In this document: in pieces, positions 38,170 through 51,720 of the stretch
Layout of the letters: every line of letters starts with the position of its first letter
Position numbering within the stretch: position 1 is the stretch's first letter
From: Mobula hypostoma
Taxonomy: Eukaryota
NCBI RefSeq assembly: GCF_963921235.1
Contig: NC_086108.1
Location: forward strand, 80,664,001 to 80,728,000
Length of the DNA: 64,000 nt
Reading direction: 5' to 3'
Position numbers and translations under genes: made by a program
Notes under the pieces: model-generated
Database searches by the model: none
Told to the model about the DNA's origin: nothing
The model's input: only the letters and a program-made list of their open reading frames with translations

Positions 38170-39008
38170 AATTACGAAAGGATCTAGAACAACTAAGAAA
38201 GTGGGCAAGGAATGGTAAATAGAATTTAATTCAAACATGTCTGAAGTGTTTGGGAAGTTCAGCCAGAATAGGACTTGCACATCGAATGGCAGAGCTCTGG
38301 AGAGTGTACTAGTAGGGCACTTGTACCTAGAGGTGCAGGTATAGAGCTCCCTGGAAGTGGCAAGATAGGTAGACAGGCAGCTGAAGAAGGTGTTTGACAT
38401 ACATGCCTTCAACATGCTGATGTCAATCAGGGCACTGAGTACAAGAGTGGGGGACTTCAGGCTACAGCTGTACACAATGTTAGCAAGACCAGATTTGGAA
38501 TATTGTGCACAGTTCTGATCTCCAAGCTATAGGAAAGATGTTGCGCTGGAAAGGTTGCAGAAAAGAGACTCAGGGACATTACTGGGACAAGAGAGCTTGA
38601 ATTATAAGCAGAGACAGGACAGGCTGGATTTTTATTTCTGAGACTAAGAGGCAGGGAGATTGTCTTTTAAAAAATGATTTTTCTTCCATTTAAAATTATG
38701 AGGGTCACCAACAGGATGAAGAGTCATGGTCTTTCTTCCAGGGTAGAAGAGTCTAAAAATAGAGAGCATAGATTTACTGTGAGAGGGTGAAATTTTAACA
38801 GGGATTTGAGGAAAACTTTTTCACAGAGGACGATGGGAATTGGGAACAAGCTACTAATGGTAGAGGAGAGTACAATTGCAATGGTTAAATTTAGACAGGT
38901 ATATGAATAGGAAAGGTTTAGAGGGATATGGGTCCCTGATAAACAACCTGGATAGCATGGACAAGATGGGCTGAAGAACCCATTTCAATGCTGTACAGCT
39001 CTATAACT
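38170..39008 (+). mobile_element. Degenerate CR1 3' region
   Basis: RPDLEYCAQF*SP motif near 38490-38525, CR1-type 3' UTR. Confidence 0.75.
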
Positions 39009-39717
39009 CAGTGAAACCTACCAGTTGCAACCACACGACAACTCCAGAGTTTGAAAAAACTAGGTTGTCAGTGGGTACCAAAGTGACTGCGATAATGAAT
39101 GGTTATACTTCAGGCATATTCCAGACTGGGGTTCAAGATATCTGGAACAGTACGCAGTTTACATTCCCAAGCTCGAGCCTCAGCAACACCTGCCCCTGTG
39201 ATTGGAGGCACAGCTCGGATATTGTCGTTGCCTGTTTTTTTTATTCTTTCTACAGTACCTTGTACTGCAAACCTGTTGGCATTAACCTTTGATATCCTCT
39301 CATTGAACAGAAAATGAAATACCTCTTGGAAAAGATTAAACAGTCTTCGTATGTACTATCTAGCCTCAAATCACAATAACACTACAATTAAAAGAAGAAA
39401 TGTTTCTGCTTTGCACTCATGATTACAGTGGAACACACTCCTTTAAGGTCGATCATTCAATTAAAGTCTGTCATTTGAGCAATATAAACCATGCAATTTG
39501 TGGGTATATAAGCGTCAAGATGAAGGGTTATGGTAAAAGCCTTAAGCACAGATGAGCTGAGTTGAAACAGATTGACATAATTTCAACCCATAAAAGGCAA
39601 CAGCCACATTCTTTTCACAACAAAATCTTATTTAGTAATCAGAGGTAATTGCTTCCCTCCTATAATGTATTTTGACTAAATACAGAAGAGCCCTTACACT
39701 TGCAAACCAAGATATTT

Positions 39718-40308
39718 TGCAAGACTTTACAAAGCACTGGTGAGGCCTCACTTGGAATATTGTGAGCAGCTTGGCCCCCTTGTTCTAGAAAGGATGTGCT
39801 GAAACTAGAGAAGGTTCAAAGGAGGTTCACAGAAATGATTCCAGGATTGAAAGTCTTGTCGTATCTTGTCGTATGAAGAGTGTTTGATGGCTCTGGGCCT
39901 GTATTCACTAGAATTCAGAAGAATGAGGGGTGACCTCATTGAAACCTATTGAATGGTGAAAGGTCTTGATAGAGTGGATGTGAAGAGGATGTTTCCTATG
40001 GTGGGAAACCATAGGGCATAGCCTCAGATTAGAGGGGCGTCCTTTTAGAACAGAGATGAGGAGGAACTTCTCTAACCACAGAGTGGTGAATTTGTGGAAT
40101 TCTTTGCCTCAGGAAGCTGTGGAGGCCAAATCTTTATGTATACTTAAGGCAGAGTTTGATAGATTATGGATTGGTTGGGGCATGAAAGCGTACAGGGAAA
40201 AGGCAGGAGATTGCGGCTGAGAGGAATGTTGGATCAGTCATGATGAAATGGCAAGCAGAGTCGATGGGCCAAAAGGCCTAACTCTGATCCTATATCTTAT
40301 GGTCTTAC
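39718..40308 (+). mobile_element. CR1 3' fragment
   Basis: YKALVRPHLEYCEQ..EFRRMRGDLIE; tcttatggtctt tail. Confidence 0.85.
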
Positions 40309-41192
40309 AAGTTATCAAATTATTCACCACATTAAATACAATATTGGTAACCCAGAGTTTAAGCAAATATGCTTATTGTTCATCAGTTAAAATTCCCCTA
40401 TCACTGTGCTTAAAACTGCAATTTAAAGTAATAAATATATGAAATACTGTAATCATGTCCAAAAGTATTAAGGACATGGTTAAGGGTAACTGATGCAGAG
40501 GCAACAATAGGTGATTGACCCAAGAGGATCTTACAGTAGATGGAAAATAAGGTTAGAAATTCACAACTACCAAATCAACCGGAAGAGAAAACAGATTAGT
40601 ATCTCTCACAAAATCATGAGAACCAGTGATAGTAATTGCACAAGAAGAATACTAAATTCCAGTTCATCAGCAAAAGATGCATTATCCTGATTTTAAATAT
40701 TACTAGGTCAAAATAGATTCTACTTTTTTTCTAACATTTAAACAAAACTTAAAATTACAGCTCATTTCTTCAGCTCTATTTTCTCATTTTTGCATTTAAT
40801 CAAAATGTTTCTTTGTTTTATTTTTCAAATTGAATTGGCTTATGTCCATTTTGCATAAAATCTCATTTCATGCTGCATCCACAGACTAAAACACTCGTCA
40901 GGTTCTTGCGCCTTTCAGTGTCTTCCGTCTCTTGGCATTTGAACAATGTTCATCCAAAAAGAATTCACATTAAATATAGTTTCCTTTTAGGATATGGACT
41001 TTAGTCCTTCATTGCACATTGCATATGCATAACTCCTTCAAAGCATGCACCACCACCCATATCTTGCTACATTGCACATCCAAATTGGCAGTCATGTAAA
41101 TGCTAGTTCTACCAGTGTATAATCTGCCATAACTTATGCCAAGGAGTTGTAGGAAGCAACTATTTACCTGCCAATGTTACATTCTTGGAATA

Positions 41193-41361
41193 CATACAAC
41201 GTGCTGGGAGAGCTTAGCAGGTCAGGACTGATGAAGAGTCTTGGCCCAAAATGTCAACTGTTTATTCCCATCCACAGACGCTGCCTGACCTGCTGAGCTC
41301 CTCCAGCACATTTTGTATATTGCTCTAGATTTCCAGCATCTGCAGTACCTCTTGTGTTTAT
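41193..41361 (+). mobile_element. Short Penelope pLTR insertion with inverted 5' segment
   Basis: ATTCTTGGAATA at 41181-41192 and 41362-41373; 41194-41226 is inverted relative to 41284-41318. Confidence 0.82.
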
Positions 41362-41374
41362 ATTCTTGGAATAT

Positions 41375-43110
41375 TTTCAATATAAAGAAATATTTCAAAG
41401 GGAGGATGAGGCAAGCATGGAACGTCAAAGACAGCATAAATGCTAAAGAGAGGACATACAATGTAGCAAAAATTAGTGGGAAGGTAGCGGATTGGGAAGC
41501 TTTTAAAAAAATTAAATTAAAAAAAGCCATAAAGAGGGAAAAGGCAAAAAATGAAGGTAAGCTAGCCCATAATATAAAAGAGGATACAAGAAAAATTTCA
41601 AACATAAAGAGTAAGGGAGAGATGAGAGTAGATATCAGACCACTGAAAAATGAGGGTGAAGAGGTAGTAATGGGGGATAAAGAAATGCTGGATGAACCAA
41701 ATAAGTAGCTTGCATCAGCCTTCACTGTGAAAATTGCTAGCAGAAAGCCAGAAAATACAAGTGTGCCAGAAAAGCTGAGAGGTCTGAAGGTAGGTAAGTC
41801 ACCTGGACCAGATGGACTACATATCAGGATTCTGGAAGAGGTAGCTAAAGAGACCGTGGAGGCACTAGTAATGATCTTTCAAGAATCGCTAGATTATGAA
41901 ACAATTCCTGAGGACTGGAAAAGATCAAATGTCACTCACTCAAGGCAAATCTTGCCTGACAAATCTGTTGGAATTCTTTGAGGGAATAACGGGCACGATA
42001 GACAAAGGAGAGTCAGTGGATGCTGTTAGTCTGGATTTTCAGAAGGCCTTTGACAAGGTGCCACACGAGGTTGCTGGATAGACGACCGGCTGACTGGCAG
42101 GAGGCAAAGAGTGGGAATAAAAAGAGCTCCCTCTGGTTGGGTGCCGGTGATTTAGTGGTGTGCCACAGGAGCAGGTGTCGGGAATGTTTTTTTATCACGT
42201 TATAAGTCAGTGACTTGGACGAAGGAATTGATGGCTTTGTGGAAGGCAGTACTGAAGAAGCAGGGAAGCTGCAGAGGATTTAGACATATTGGGGAAATTG
42301 GCAAAGTGGCAGATGGATTATAGTGTAGGGAAGTGCATGGTCATGCAAGTTGTGGAAGGAATAAGGGTGTAAGTTATTTCTATATCGGGAAAAATCAAAA
42401 ATTAGAGGTGCAAAAAGACTTGGAAGTCCTTGTTGCAGGATTCCCAAAGTGTAACTTGCAGATTGAGTCAGTGGTAAGGAAGACAATTGCATTGTTAGCA
42501 TTCATTTCCAGAGGACTAGAGTACAAAGATGCAATGCTGAGGCTTTATAATGCTTTGGTCAGACTGCACTTGGTGTATTGTGAACAGCTTAAGCCCCTTA
42601 CGTAAGAAAAGATGTGCACTGTCATTGGAGAGGGTCCAGAAGAGATTCATGGGAATGATCCCAGCAATGAAAGGGTTAATATATGAGGAGCCTGTAATGG
42701 TTCTGGACCGGTACTCACTGGAGCTTAGAAGAATGAGGGAGGATCTTATTGAAACCTATTGAACACTGGAAGGCCAAGATAGAGTGGATGTGGAGAGGAT
42801 GCTTCCTGTAGTTTAGAGCCAGGGGGCATGCCCAAAACTGAGGGATGCCCATTTAGAACAGAGGTGATGAAAAATTTCTTTAGCCAGAGGTTGGTGGATC
42901 TGTAGAAGCTATTGCCAGAGACTGCTGTGCAGGCCAAGCCACTGTGTATATTTAAGGCGGAGATGATACGATTTTGATTAATCAGGGTGTCAAAGGTTAC
43001 GGGGAGAAGGCAGGAGAATGGGGTTAAGAGGAGTGATAAATCAGCCATTACAGAATGGCAGGGCAGAATCGATAGGCCGAATGGCCTGATTCCTCTCCCA
43101 CGTCCAATGG
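41375..43110 (+). mobile_element. CR1 LINE, truncated and deleted
   Basis: ORFs 41727-41981 (KSPGPDGLH), 41896-42081 (LDFQKAFDKVPH), 42333-42762. Confidence 0.9.
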
Positions 43111-44983
43111 TAAAATGAGAAAAATAAACAAGTTTCAAAAATAAATAATCAATTTTCAAAAAGAAATAATGAATTTTAGAAGTAAAACACTTTCTGAAGT
43201 CACTGATTCATTGTAGGATATGGTCCCAAAAGTCTAACTCAAGTGGATTCTTATATATGAACTGTGACAGCTTGAGTTGGCATCACATTTAAATCCAGCT
43301 GTTATTATGGATTCAATTCCATGCCTAACTACTCTCCTATGAGATTTCTCGCAGAACGCTCTCTGATTCAACTCTCATTTTTGGCTTCCAGGATATTTAT
43401 CAGTTTCAACAGCCCCATAACAGTGGCTGGATACAATACTGTACTTGCATTTAACTTAATTATTTTCTTAATGGGGTGAATTAGTTTTGAAATATTGAAT
43501 GAACTACACAAGGGAACAAAATAATGTTACTAGAATGTTTTATAATCAGCACAGTCATGATGGGAAACATGCAGGTAATCACTGTTGAAAAGGAAGAAGA
43601 TAATCAGGGTGCTGATGGGAGACACAAGAAGTGTTGGAGGAACTCAGCAATCAGGCAGCATCTATGTTGGGAAATAAACAGTCGATGCTTTGGGCTGAGA
43701 CACTTTGTCAGACTATGTTGATGGGAGAAATCTTAGTAATAAAACGATTTAAGCAATATCAATCAAGTTTAATTAGGCTATTCTTTCATTCGAATTCCTC
43801 TGCAACATGACTGCTGCAAAGTTGCCACCATGCTTTGCTCCAGTTGTTAATGTTCCATTATTTCTTTTACAAAAACCAGATTGGATTGTTTTCATTTTTA
43901 TTCAGATCCAAACATTATTTTAACAGAATTATAAAGCAAGCAGTATTTAGTAGTACATGATTTCAGAGATAAATAAAAAGGTTTGTCTTGGAAATATATG
44001 CTATCATTGTTTTAGCTGTGATATTGGGTGGAGCAAGTACCAAGCAGAGAAAGATTCCTATCGGGAGTATCTGATTATACAATGGATTAAGCAAGAGCCA
44101 AAATAGGTTACATTGCCTCATTCAAAGTTTCATGAACAGTATACGCTTAACTAGGGGTGGAGGAAAGGAAACTGAGGGAATGCGTAGATTGCAAGGTGAT
44201 TAAACATATTGGTGCAGAGCATTTAGGAATTAACAGAATGGGGAAAAAACATTTGAATCCTCAAATATTAATAATAAATAATACTCTTTTGTACCCCTTA
44301 AAAATTTACTGAATTTGGGCTGAATGTGAACAGTTAACTCTACACATTAATTGTTCTCTTCCTGAAGCAATTAACCAAATGGTCATTCAACTTCCCTCTT
44401 CTAAGCTTTAATTTATACTTCTGATTATGGAATTTGTGCTTACTTTAAAGAAATGTGGGGGTTATTTTATTTAAAACTTCAAAAAACCTAATTTATGACC
44501 TAGCATAAATATTCTCTGTCACGCACCGATAGTCCAAATAGCTTAACCTTCCTTTGTACTCACGCGAAGCCAGATACCCCTTAGTAATGGGCTGATTTCA
44601 GCTGTTTATAATTCTCCCATTTGGGAATATATGATAACCACAAGAGATTCTAAAGATGCTGGAAATCTTAAGCAACACACACTAATTTCCGAAGTAACCC
44701 AATCCAATTAAGTCAAATTTCATTACTAGATGGCTCTCTAAATCAAAGCTTATGCTACTCTTTATGTGTGATATCCTACCACAAAAAAAACTAATTCAAT
44801 GTAGACACGATTTTGATTAAATGGAAAAAGAAGCTTCTGTCATTTAAAAATAATTTAAGTCGGGGGTGGGGGGCACAGAAGGTGAATTTCTACAGGAGAT
44901 GCTTTATTCTCCAAACAAAATTTCTGCAAAGAGCCACATAATTCCACAGACCTTTGTTTAAAATTAGGAAAGCCACTGTAGAA

Positions 44984-45682
44984 CGTAGATTTGGGGATCG
45001 CTTTGTTGAACACCTCTGCTCCATCTGCAAAAAGTGGTATTTCCTGGTGGTCAACCATCTTAATGCCTATCCCCATTCCCATTCTAACACATCTATTCAT
45101 GGCCTCCTCTTCCCATTCTGGCAAGTCAGTCCATGGCCTCCTCTTCTATCACAATGAGGCCACTCTCAGATTGGAGGAACAATACCTCATATTCTGTCTA
45201 GGCAGCCTCCAACCTGATGGTATGATCATGAATTTCAACATCTGGTATTTCCCCACCCGTTCTACTTCCCTCTTCTTCAATTCCCCACTCTGGCCACCTA
45301 CCTCTTCTCCTCACCTGCCTTCACTTCTCCCTGGTGCCCTTCCTCCTTCCCTTTCTCCCATGGTCCACTTTCCTCTCCTATCAGATTCCTTTTTCTCAAA
45401 CCCTTTACCTTTTCCAACTATCACCTCCCAGCTTTGTACTTCCTTCCCCCACTCTCACATCTCCTGGCTTCACCCATCTTTAAACCTGCCCTCCATGCGC
45501 TTTCACTACCTTCTTATTCTGGCATCTTCCCCCTTCCTTTCCAGTCCTGAAGAAGGGTCTCGACCCTAAACATCAACTGTTTATCCACTTCCATAGATGC
45601 TGCCTGGACCTGCTGAATTCCTCCAGCATTTTGTATTTGTTGCTTTGGATTTCCAGCATCCGAAGAATCTCTTGTATTTACG
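44984..45682 (+). mobile_element. Penelope-like element 3' part with 13-bp TSD
   Basis: RRFGDRFVEHL..EATLRLEEQYLIFCLGSLQPDGM; AGCCACTGTAGAA at 44971-44983 and 45683-45695; decayed hammerhead near 45543-45580. Confidence 0.88.
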
Positions 45683-46000
45683 AGCCACTGTAGAAACACC
45701 CTCTTATAAAATTAGTCTGCTGCCCTACTTTCCTAAATTGCTATTTCTGGCCCTTGCGAACACCAGATATCATTACTCATTTTCATCATAATTTCATGTC
45801 CAAGTATTGCTGAATATTACTAAAATCTGACATTTATGGTTTAAAAGACTTTAATGTGGTGTGAATTGCCTTCTCACTTATTTGCTAAATTATTCTTGCA
45901 TATGCATATACTTATTTTTTGAATAATACATACACGCATAGCCTGGCTTTTACTTTGTTCTATTGAAATATCATATGTTTATAAGGCCTTGTGAACATTA

Positions 46001-47016
46001 CACTGGACAACAAAGATTTTGCTTCCTGAATACCTTCAGGTGATCTTATGAGTTTTGGGCTACTGATCATGAAAATCACCATGAAATTTCCCTATCACGC
46101 ACCATTTTTTGAAATCACTTATGTTTATTATTTCAATTCATAATTTAAGTCAATTAAAATGTTGCCTACAATGTAAGCTGGAAAGTTTCCTATCTTGTCC
46201 AGGCATGCTTGGGCATGCTTAGGCAGCATGGCTGCTGCATGGCAGGACAGGTTTTAGTAATAATTATTGGGTTCAGGACTGTAAGGATGGAATTTGCTAT
46301 CACCAGGCACAAAAATTTCTATGAAGGATTTTGATATCTGAGACAGATGCTTCCCAAAATAACTGATGCCAAGATTAAGGAAAGCAATTTTGCTGGTCCA
46401 CCAATCAAGCAGGTCATCAATAACAGGCAATTTGAAGAATTTCTAGTGGGACCGGAGAAAATCACATGGAAGGCATTCAAGCAAGTTGTTGAAATTTTTC
46501 TCGGCATCTACAGAGCACCAAACTACATGCAGCTGGTTGAAAGCATGCTTCAAGCATATAAAACCATGAAAAAATGCAACATGTCACTAAAGATTCATTT
46601 TCTGCATTCCCATTTAGACTTCTTCCCTGCAAATCTTGGTGCTGTCAGTGACGAGCATGCTGAAAGGTTTCACCAGGACATTGTGGTCATGGAGAAAAGA
46701 TACCAGGGCAAATGGAATCCATTAATGCTGGCGAATTATTGTTGGACACTTAAGCGAGAAGCCTCAGACACTGAGTACAAACGAAATTCATTAACAAAAT
46801 ATTTTTAACTTAGTTGAACTTAGTTGATGCAAAGCATCAGCACCATTATGCAATTAAACACATTATATCCAATAAAAGTTAATTTGTTGTTTCTCCAAAT
46901 TCCTAACATGATACAAGTAGTCTGAAATTATATTTGTGTTCATCTTCAAGCAGTCTAACGTAAACAAAAAAAAATTCTGAGGAAGCAAAACTTTTGATAA
47001 AATTTGCTGTCCAGTG
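46001..47016 (+). mobile_element. Chapaev3 (CMC) DNA transposon, internally deleted
   Basis: TTA|CACTGGACAACAAA...TTTGCTGTCCAGTG|TTA; ORF 46347-46808 with MSLKIHFLHSHLDFFP..SDEHAERFHQDI..RYQG..YCW, the Chapaev3 transposase C-terminus. Confidence 0.88.
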
Positions 47017-47098
47017 TTATCAGTCATACATTACTCAGGAGAGAGTGCTCAGACAACATCACTCAGGAGAAATTGGAAGCACTTCTGAGAGCCATCCC

Positions 47099-48890
47099 AA
47101 AAGTAAATTTATTATCAAAGTACATACATGTCACCATAAACAACCCTAAGATTCATTTTCAATAATACTCAATAAATCCATAATAGAATAATAAACCATA
47201 ACAGAATCATTGAAAGACTGCACCAATTTGAGATAATAACTGTTCTTGAACCTGATGGTGAGAGTCTTGAGGTTCCTGTGCCTTTTCCCGATGGTATATC
47301 CAGGGTGGTGGGGATCCCTGATAATGGATGTGCTACTTTTGATGGTTCCACTACTTTTTGTAGGATTTTCCATTCAAGGGCATTGGTGCTCCCATACCAG
47401 GCACTGATGCAGCCAGTCAGCATACTCTCCACTATACATCAATAGTTGTTTGTCAAAGTTTTAGATGTCATACCAAAACTCCTAAGGAAGCAGAGGCACT
47501 GCTTTGCTTTCTTCGCAACTGCACTTACATACAATGCCCAGGACAGGTTCTCCAAAAAAAACCACCAAGGAATTTAAAGTTGCTGACCCTCTCCACCTCT
47601 GATCCTCCAGTGAGGACTGGCTCATCCACCTCTGGTTTCCTCCTCCTGAAGTCAATAATCAGCTCCTTGGTCTTGCTGACATTGAGGAAGAGGTTGGTGT
47701 TAAGCCCACTCAGCCAGATTTTCAATCTCCCTCCTATATAATGATCCGTCACCACCTTTGATACAGGCTACAACAGTGACGTTGTCAACAAACTTGAATA
47801 TGGCATTGGAGCTGTGCTTAGTCACTCAGTCATAAATGGAAAGCAAGTAGATCAGTGGGCTAAGCACACAGCCTTGTGGTGCACCTGTGCTGATAGAGAT
47901 CGTGGAGGAGACGTTGTTGTCAATCCAAACTAACTGGAGTCTGCATGTGAGGAAATAGAGGATACAATTGCACAAGGGCAATTTAAGGTCAAGGTTTTGA
48001 AGCTTTCTGATTAGTTTTGAGGGATGATGGTATTGAATGCAGAGCTGTATTTGACAAAGAGTTTCCTGATGTATGCATCTTGCTGTCCAGATTTTCCAGG
48101 GTTGCGTGAAGAGCCAACAAGATGGCATCTGCTGTGGACCTGTTGCTCCGGTAGGCAAAATGCAGCAGATCCAAGTTACTTGTCAGGCGAGAATTGACAT
48201 GTTTCATCACCGTGGATGTAAATGCTACTGGCTGATAGTTACTGAGGGAGGTTACCACGTTCTTTTTGGGCACCAGTATAACTGAAGCCTGCTTGAATTA
48301 GTAGGGTACCTCAGACTGCCAAAGTGGAAGATTAAAGATCTCAGTGACAACTCCAACCAATTGATCATCACAGGTCTTTAGCACTTGGCCAGGTATCCCG
48401 CCTGGGCCAGGTGCTTTTTGTGGGTTCATCCTCCTGAAGGCTGCTTCCACGTCGGCCTCAGAGACAGAAATCACAGGATCATCAGAGGCTGAGGGATTTT
48501 GTAATGGTTCCTTCATGTTTTGATGGGGTCATCTGGAAGTGAAGCACTGAAGTCCACCTTTGATGGCTGATTTTACTGTGGTAGCATTCACCACAACCAT
48601 CAAGCATCCTTCGTTAATTCAAGTTTCTTCTGGAATTGCCACTTCACCTGTGAGATGGGTTTCCGGAGATCATACCTGGACCCCTTGTAACTCTCTTTGT
48701 CAATAGACTTAATTTCCTCTGATCTGGCCCTCAGCAGATTGCAGATCTCATGGTTCATCCAGGGCTTCTGGTTGGGGAAGGACTCTGGATGATTTTGTCA
48801 AGACACACTCTTCCACAACTGTTTCAATAAAGTTCATGAGAACCATGATGCATTCATTCAGATCCACAGATAAGTCCTTGAACACAGATT
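47099..48890 (-). mobile_element. Rex1/Babar-type LINE, RT region, decayed
   Basis: KAPGPGGIPG, YQPVAFTSTVMK, FAYRSNRSTADAI, TGAPQGCVLSPL, LNVSKTKELIIDFRR; AATAAA-containing tail. Confidence 0.9.
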
Positions 48891-51370
48891 ATTAGTAGTA
48901 ATTGATGACTCGTATCTCAGCTATTTCATAGTTCAAGTCAAATTTCAACTTATGAAAAATATGAGGTGTATACAGAAGCTGACTTACACAGATGGAAGAT
49001 TTTAGGACAAGCCGAGACACATTTAACTGGAGAAAATCTGGAATGCTTTCAAGCTACATCAATAATCTCAACAGAACAAATTATTTATCTTTCTTCCCAT
49101 TTTTCCTCTCAAAAGTGCTATAATAAGTTTCAAGAAGAACCATCAATCTCCAAGGAGCACCCTTCTGTATTGATGCTCATGATCAGGCATTAAGCTCTGT
49201 AGGACTGTGGATCAGGTTTTGTTAGAACTGAGATATATTGAATAAGGCAGTCAGCAAACACCTCTAATAATGTTGCTGAAATGGCTTCTAAAAAACTGCT
49301 GAAATCTGCAAAACTTCCCTAATTATAGTGTGCCATGAACACGACTCAGTAAATTAGTTGGTTTAACTGCAACAGATATATCAATTCTACATTACCTGTT
49401 AAAGTAATATGCTTGTTTTTGTTAAATACAAAACAGCATGATGTGCTACATTTAACATTTGGAATGGGAGCATTTCTTGCCATTCTTTTCAATACAGCTT
49501 CTCATTAGCTCTTCAGAAATGGTTCCTGCAACTCCCAAAATAGACGAACAGCTCTTATTAAAAAGGCAATCAGATCAGCTGCCAGAGGAATGTTCATATG
49601 ATAGAGGTGTAAAGTTCAAAGAAAAAAATTGCAATTATTTGTGCCTCTAGATTTAGCAATCTTAAAATCCCAGCTGCATATTAATACGAAATTATGCTCT
49701 TGCTTTGCACTGTAAGGAACAAACTGACAAGGTATTAATGAATTTCAATAGAACAAGACTGTATTACAGATATCATTTCACTTTTTTTCCCTAATCACTC
49801 CTGCACTAATGTGATATTGTTATTTTAATTGGATGGGCAAAAATAAAACAATAAAACATCTGAATGTTTTCAAACTGCGAATTGTTCTCCTGGAAGGCCT
49901 TTGACTGACTTCTGCCACATCATCAAGCAAAAAGAAATGCAACAATAATATTCTTACTCGAATCATAAATTATTTCCACTTTTCATCAACATTACAGAAG
50001 ATCAATAAATCACAGGTTGCCCAAAACACCTCTTCATGCAGCAGGCTGTCTTGAATAACACATCATTGCCTTTGCAATCATAACTGCAAAGCTGGTTAGA
50101 GAAGCAAAGAATTTCTGGTAAAAATAATCACATATATCACAATCTGTAAATAATAATTTTACACTTGGGATCAGTTGAAGATTTGAAAACACATATTCTA
50201 TGGAAATTCTGAAATGTGTTCAGGCTTTCATAACCACTAGATGAATGCCAGCAATCCATTGGGATTATTTTGGCTTTAGAAGCCTTTGAATCTAATTATG
50301 AAATAAAATGATAACATGAATTTGAATTAAAATTATTTTCTTTATCCTGTAAACTTAGAAACATGGAATCCAGAAATGGGTCTGGAAGCCACTAGGAGAG
50401 ATAAAGAAATTGTAAGGTTTTAGAATTAGAGGATTTGGCGTGTTGATATAAAGAAATGGTCTGCAGATTCAATTATCCGTGCTTCCAACGCACGCTTCTC
50501 CCTTTTCCAAATTTGGATGACTCTGGTCATATTGCTTTCAGATCTGTATGGATAAAAAATTTATACCTATTCCCTCAAGCATGAGATTTTCAGCCAGATA
50601 GATGACCTTTTAATTTATAGGTGAGTCATACATGTTCCAGTGCCTTGCTCAAAGAAGGTCACTGCCGGCTGTCTGATAGCAAGTCTCTGCTTGCCTTTTA
50701 ACATTGTTTTATTATGTGCAATAGGGAGGAAGCTGAAAAATGGAAAGTAATTTTTTTCACAAGAATAAAAAGGAAAAAAATGTTCAGCTTAGGAAAAGGG
50801 TCAAAGTTATTTTTCTCTCCCATGATAAAATAAATGAGCATGAATCTATTGCCTCATATTTGATATAAAGCAGAATTCAAGGGCAAGTACTTGGGTGCTT
50901 CAGCTGCTGTGAGGACCTATAATATTACAGAAGCAATTAAAATCTGTGAAAATTCCTGGAGACCATGACTTATTGAAGGTCACAACGCAGACAAAAGGAA
51001 TCTCCAAACATTTTGAAACTGCTGAAGGATTGTTCAAGATCACAGAGCGGTGCACCTCATCAAACAGTACTGCTGACAGACAGGCCTGCTGAGAGCTGCA
51101 CCTTCACTCAACTTTGTTGACCTTGCAGTGAGACAACACCACAGACTTGAGTCAGAGACCTACTGTCAGCTTTTACTCTGTTGCTCTTCCTAATATGGAT
51201 GCAATCTATGGAACTGATGCACATTAATGCCTCTATCATATATCTCTCTGGAAATTATTTATTGTGCAGCAGAAAGTAACATGAAGCAAAAAAAATACCC
51301 TAGGAGTCTGGTCATCCCAGATCAAACTTTTCACAAGTTTGCTTATATAATTTGTAGGTTAAGTAAAATA

Positions 51371-51720
51371 TGTTATTTATTTATATAGAGGTACAAGACA
51401 GAACAGGCCCTGCCGGCCCCAGTGAGCCACAGCACCCAGCAACCCACCCTTTTTTTTAAAAAAAATACTTTATTTTCATAATTTTCAAAAAACAATAAAA
51501 TCAACAAGAACATATAAGCTCAGACATGTGGGAGAATAAAATGAGCAAAAAAAAGGGAAAAAAAGGACATAACATTAGAGGGATGCCTATTGTACAGAGT
51601 GCAACACACCTATTTAACACTAGTCTAATCACAGGAAAATTTACAAGGACCAATTAACTGACTGATTGGTATATTTTAGGACTGTGGGAGGAAACCAGAG
51701 CAACCAGAGTAAACCTGGAG
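51371..51720 (-). mobile_element. HE1/V-SINE remnant carrying a 152-bp poly(A)-type insertion (51449-51600)
   Basis: SINE tail and V-core present; insert flanked by GCAACCCACC/GCAACACACC. Confidence 0.7.

Noticed and set aside
44563..44600. Possible short minus-strand exon with GTGAGT donor
   Set aside because: Weak acceptor, frame-shifting length, no homology.
31295..45580. Further hammerhead-like motifs near 31295, 41228, 43680 and 45543 (and 2675)
   Set aside because: Core CUGANGA or GAAA boxes are mutated; unlikely to be active.
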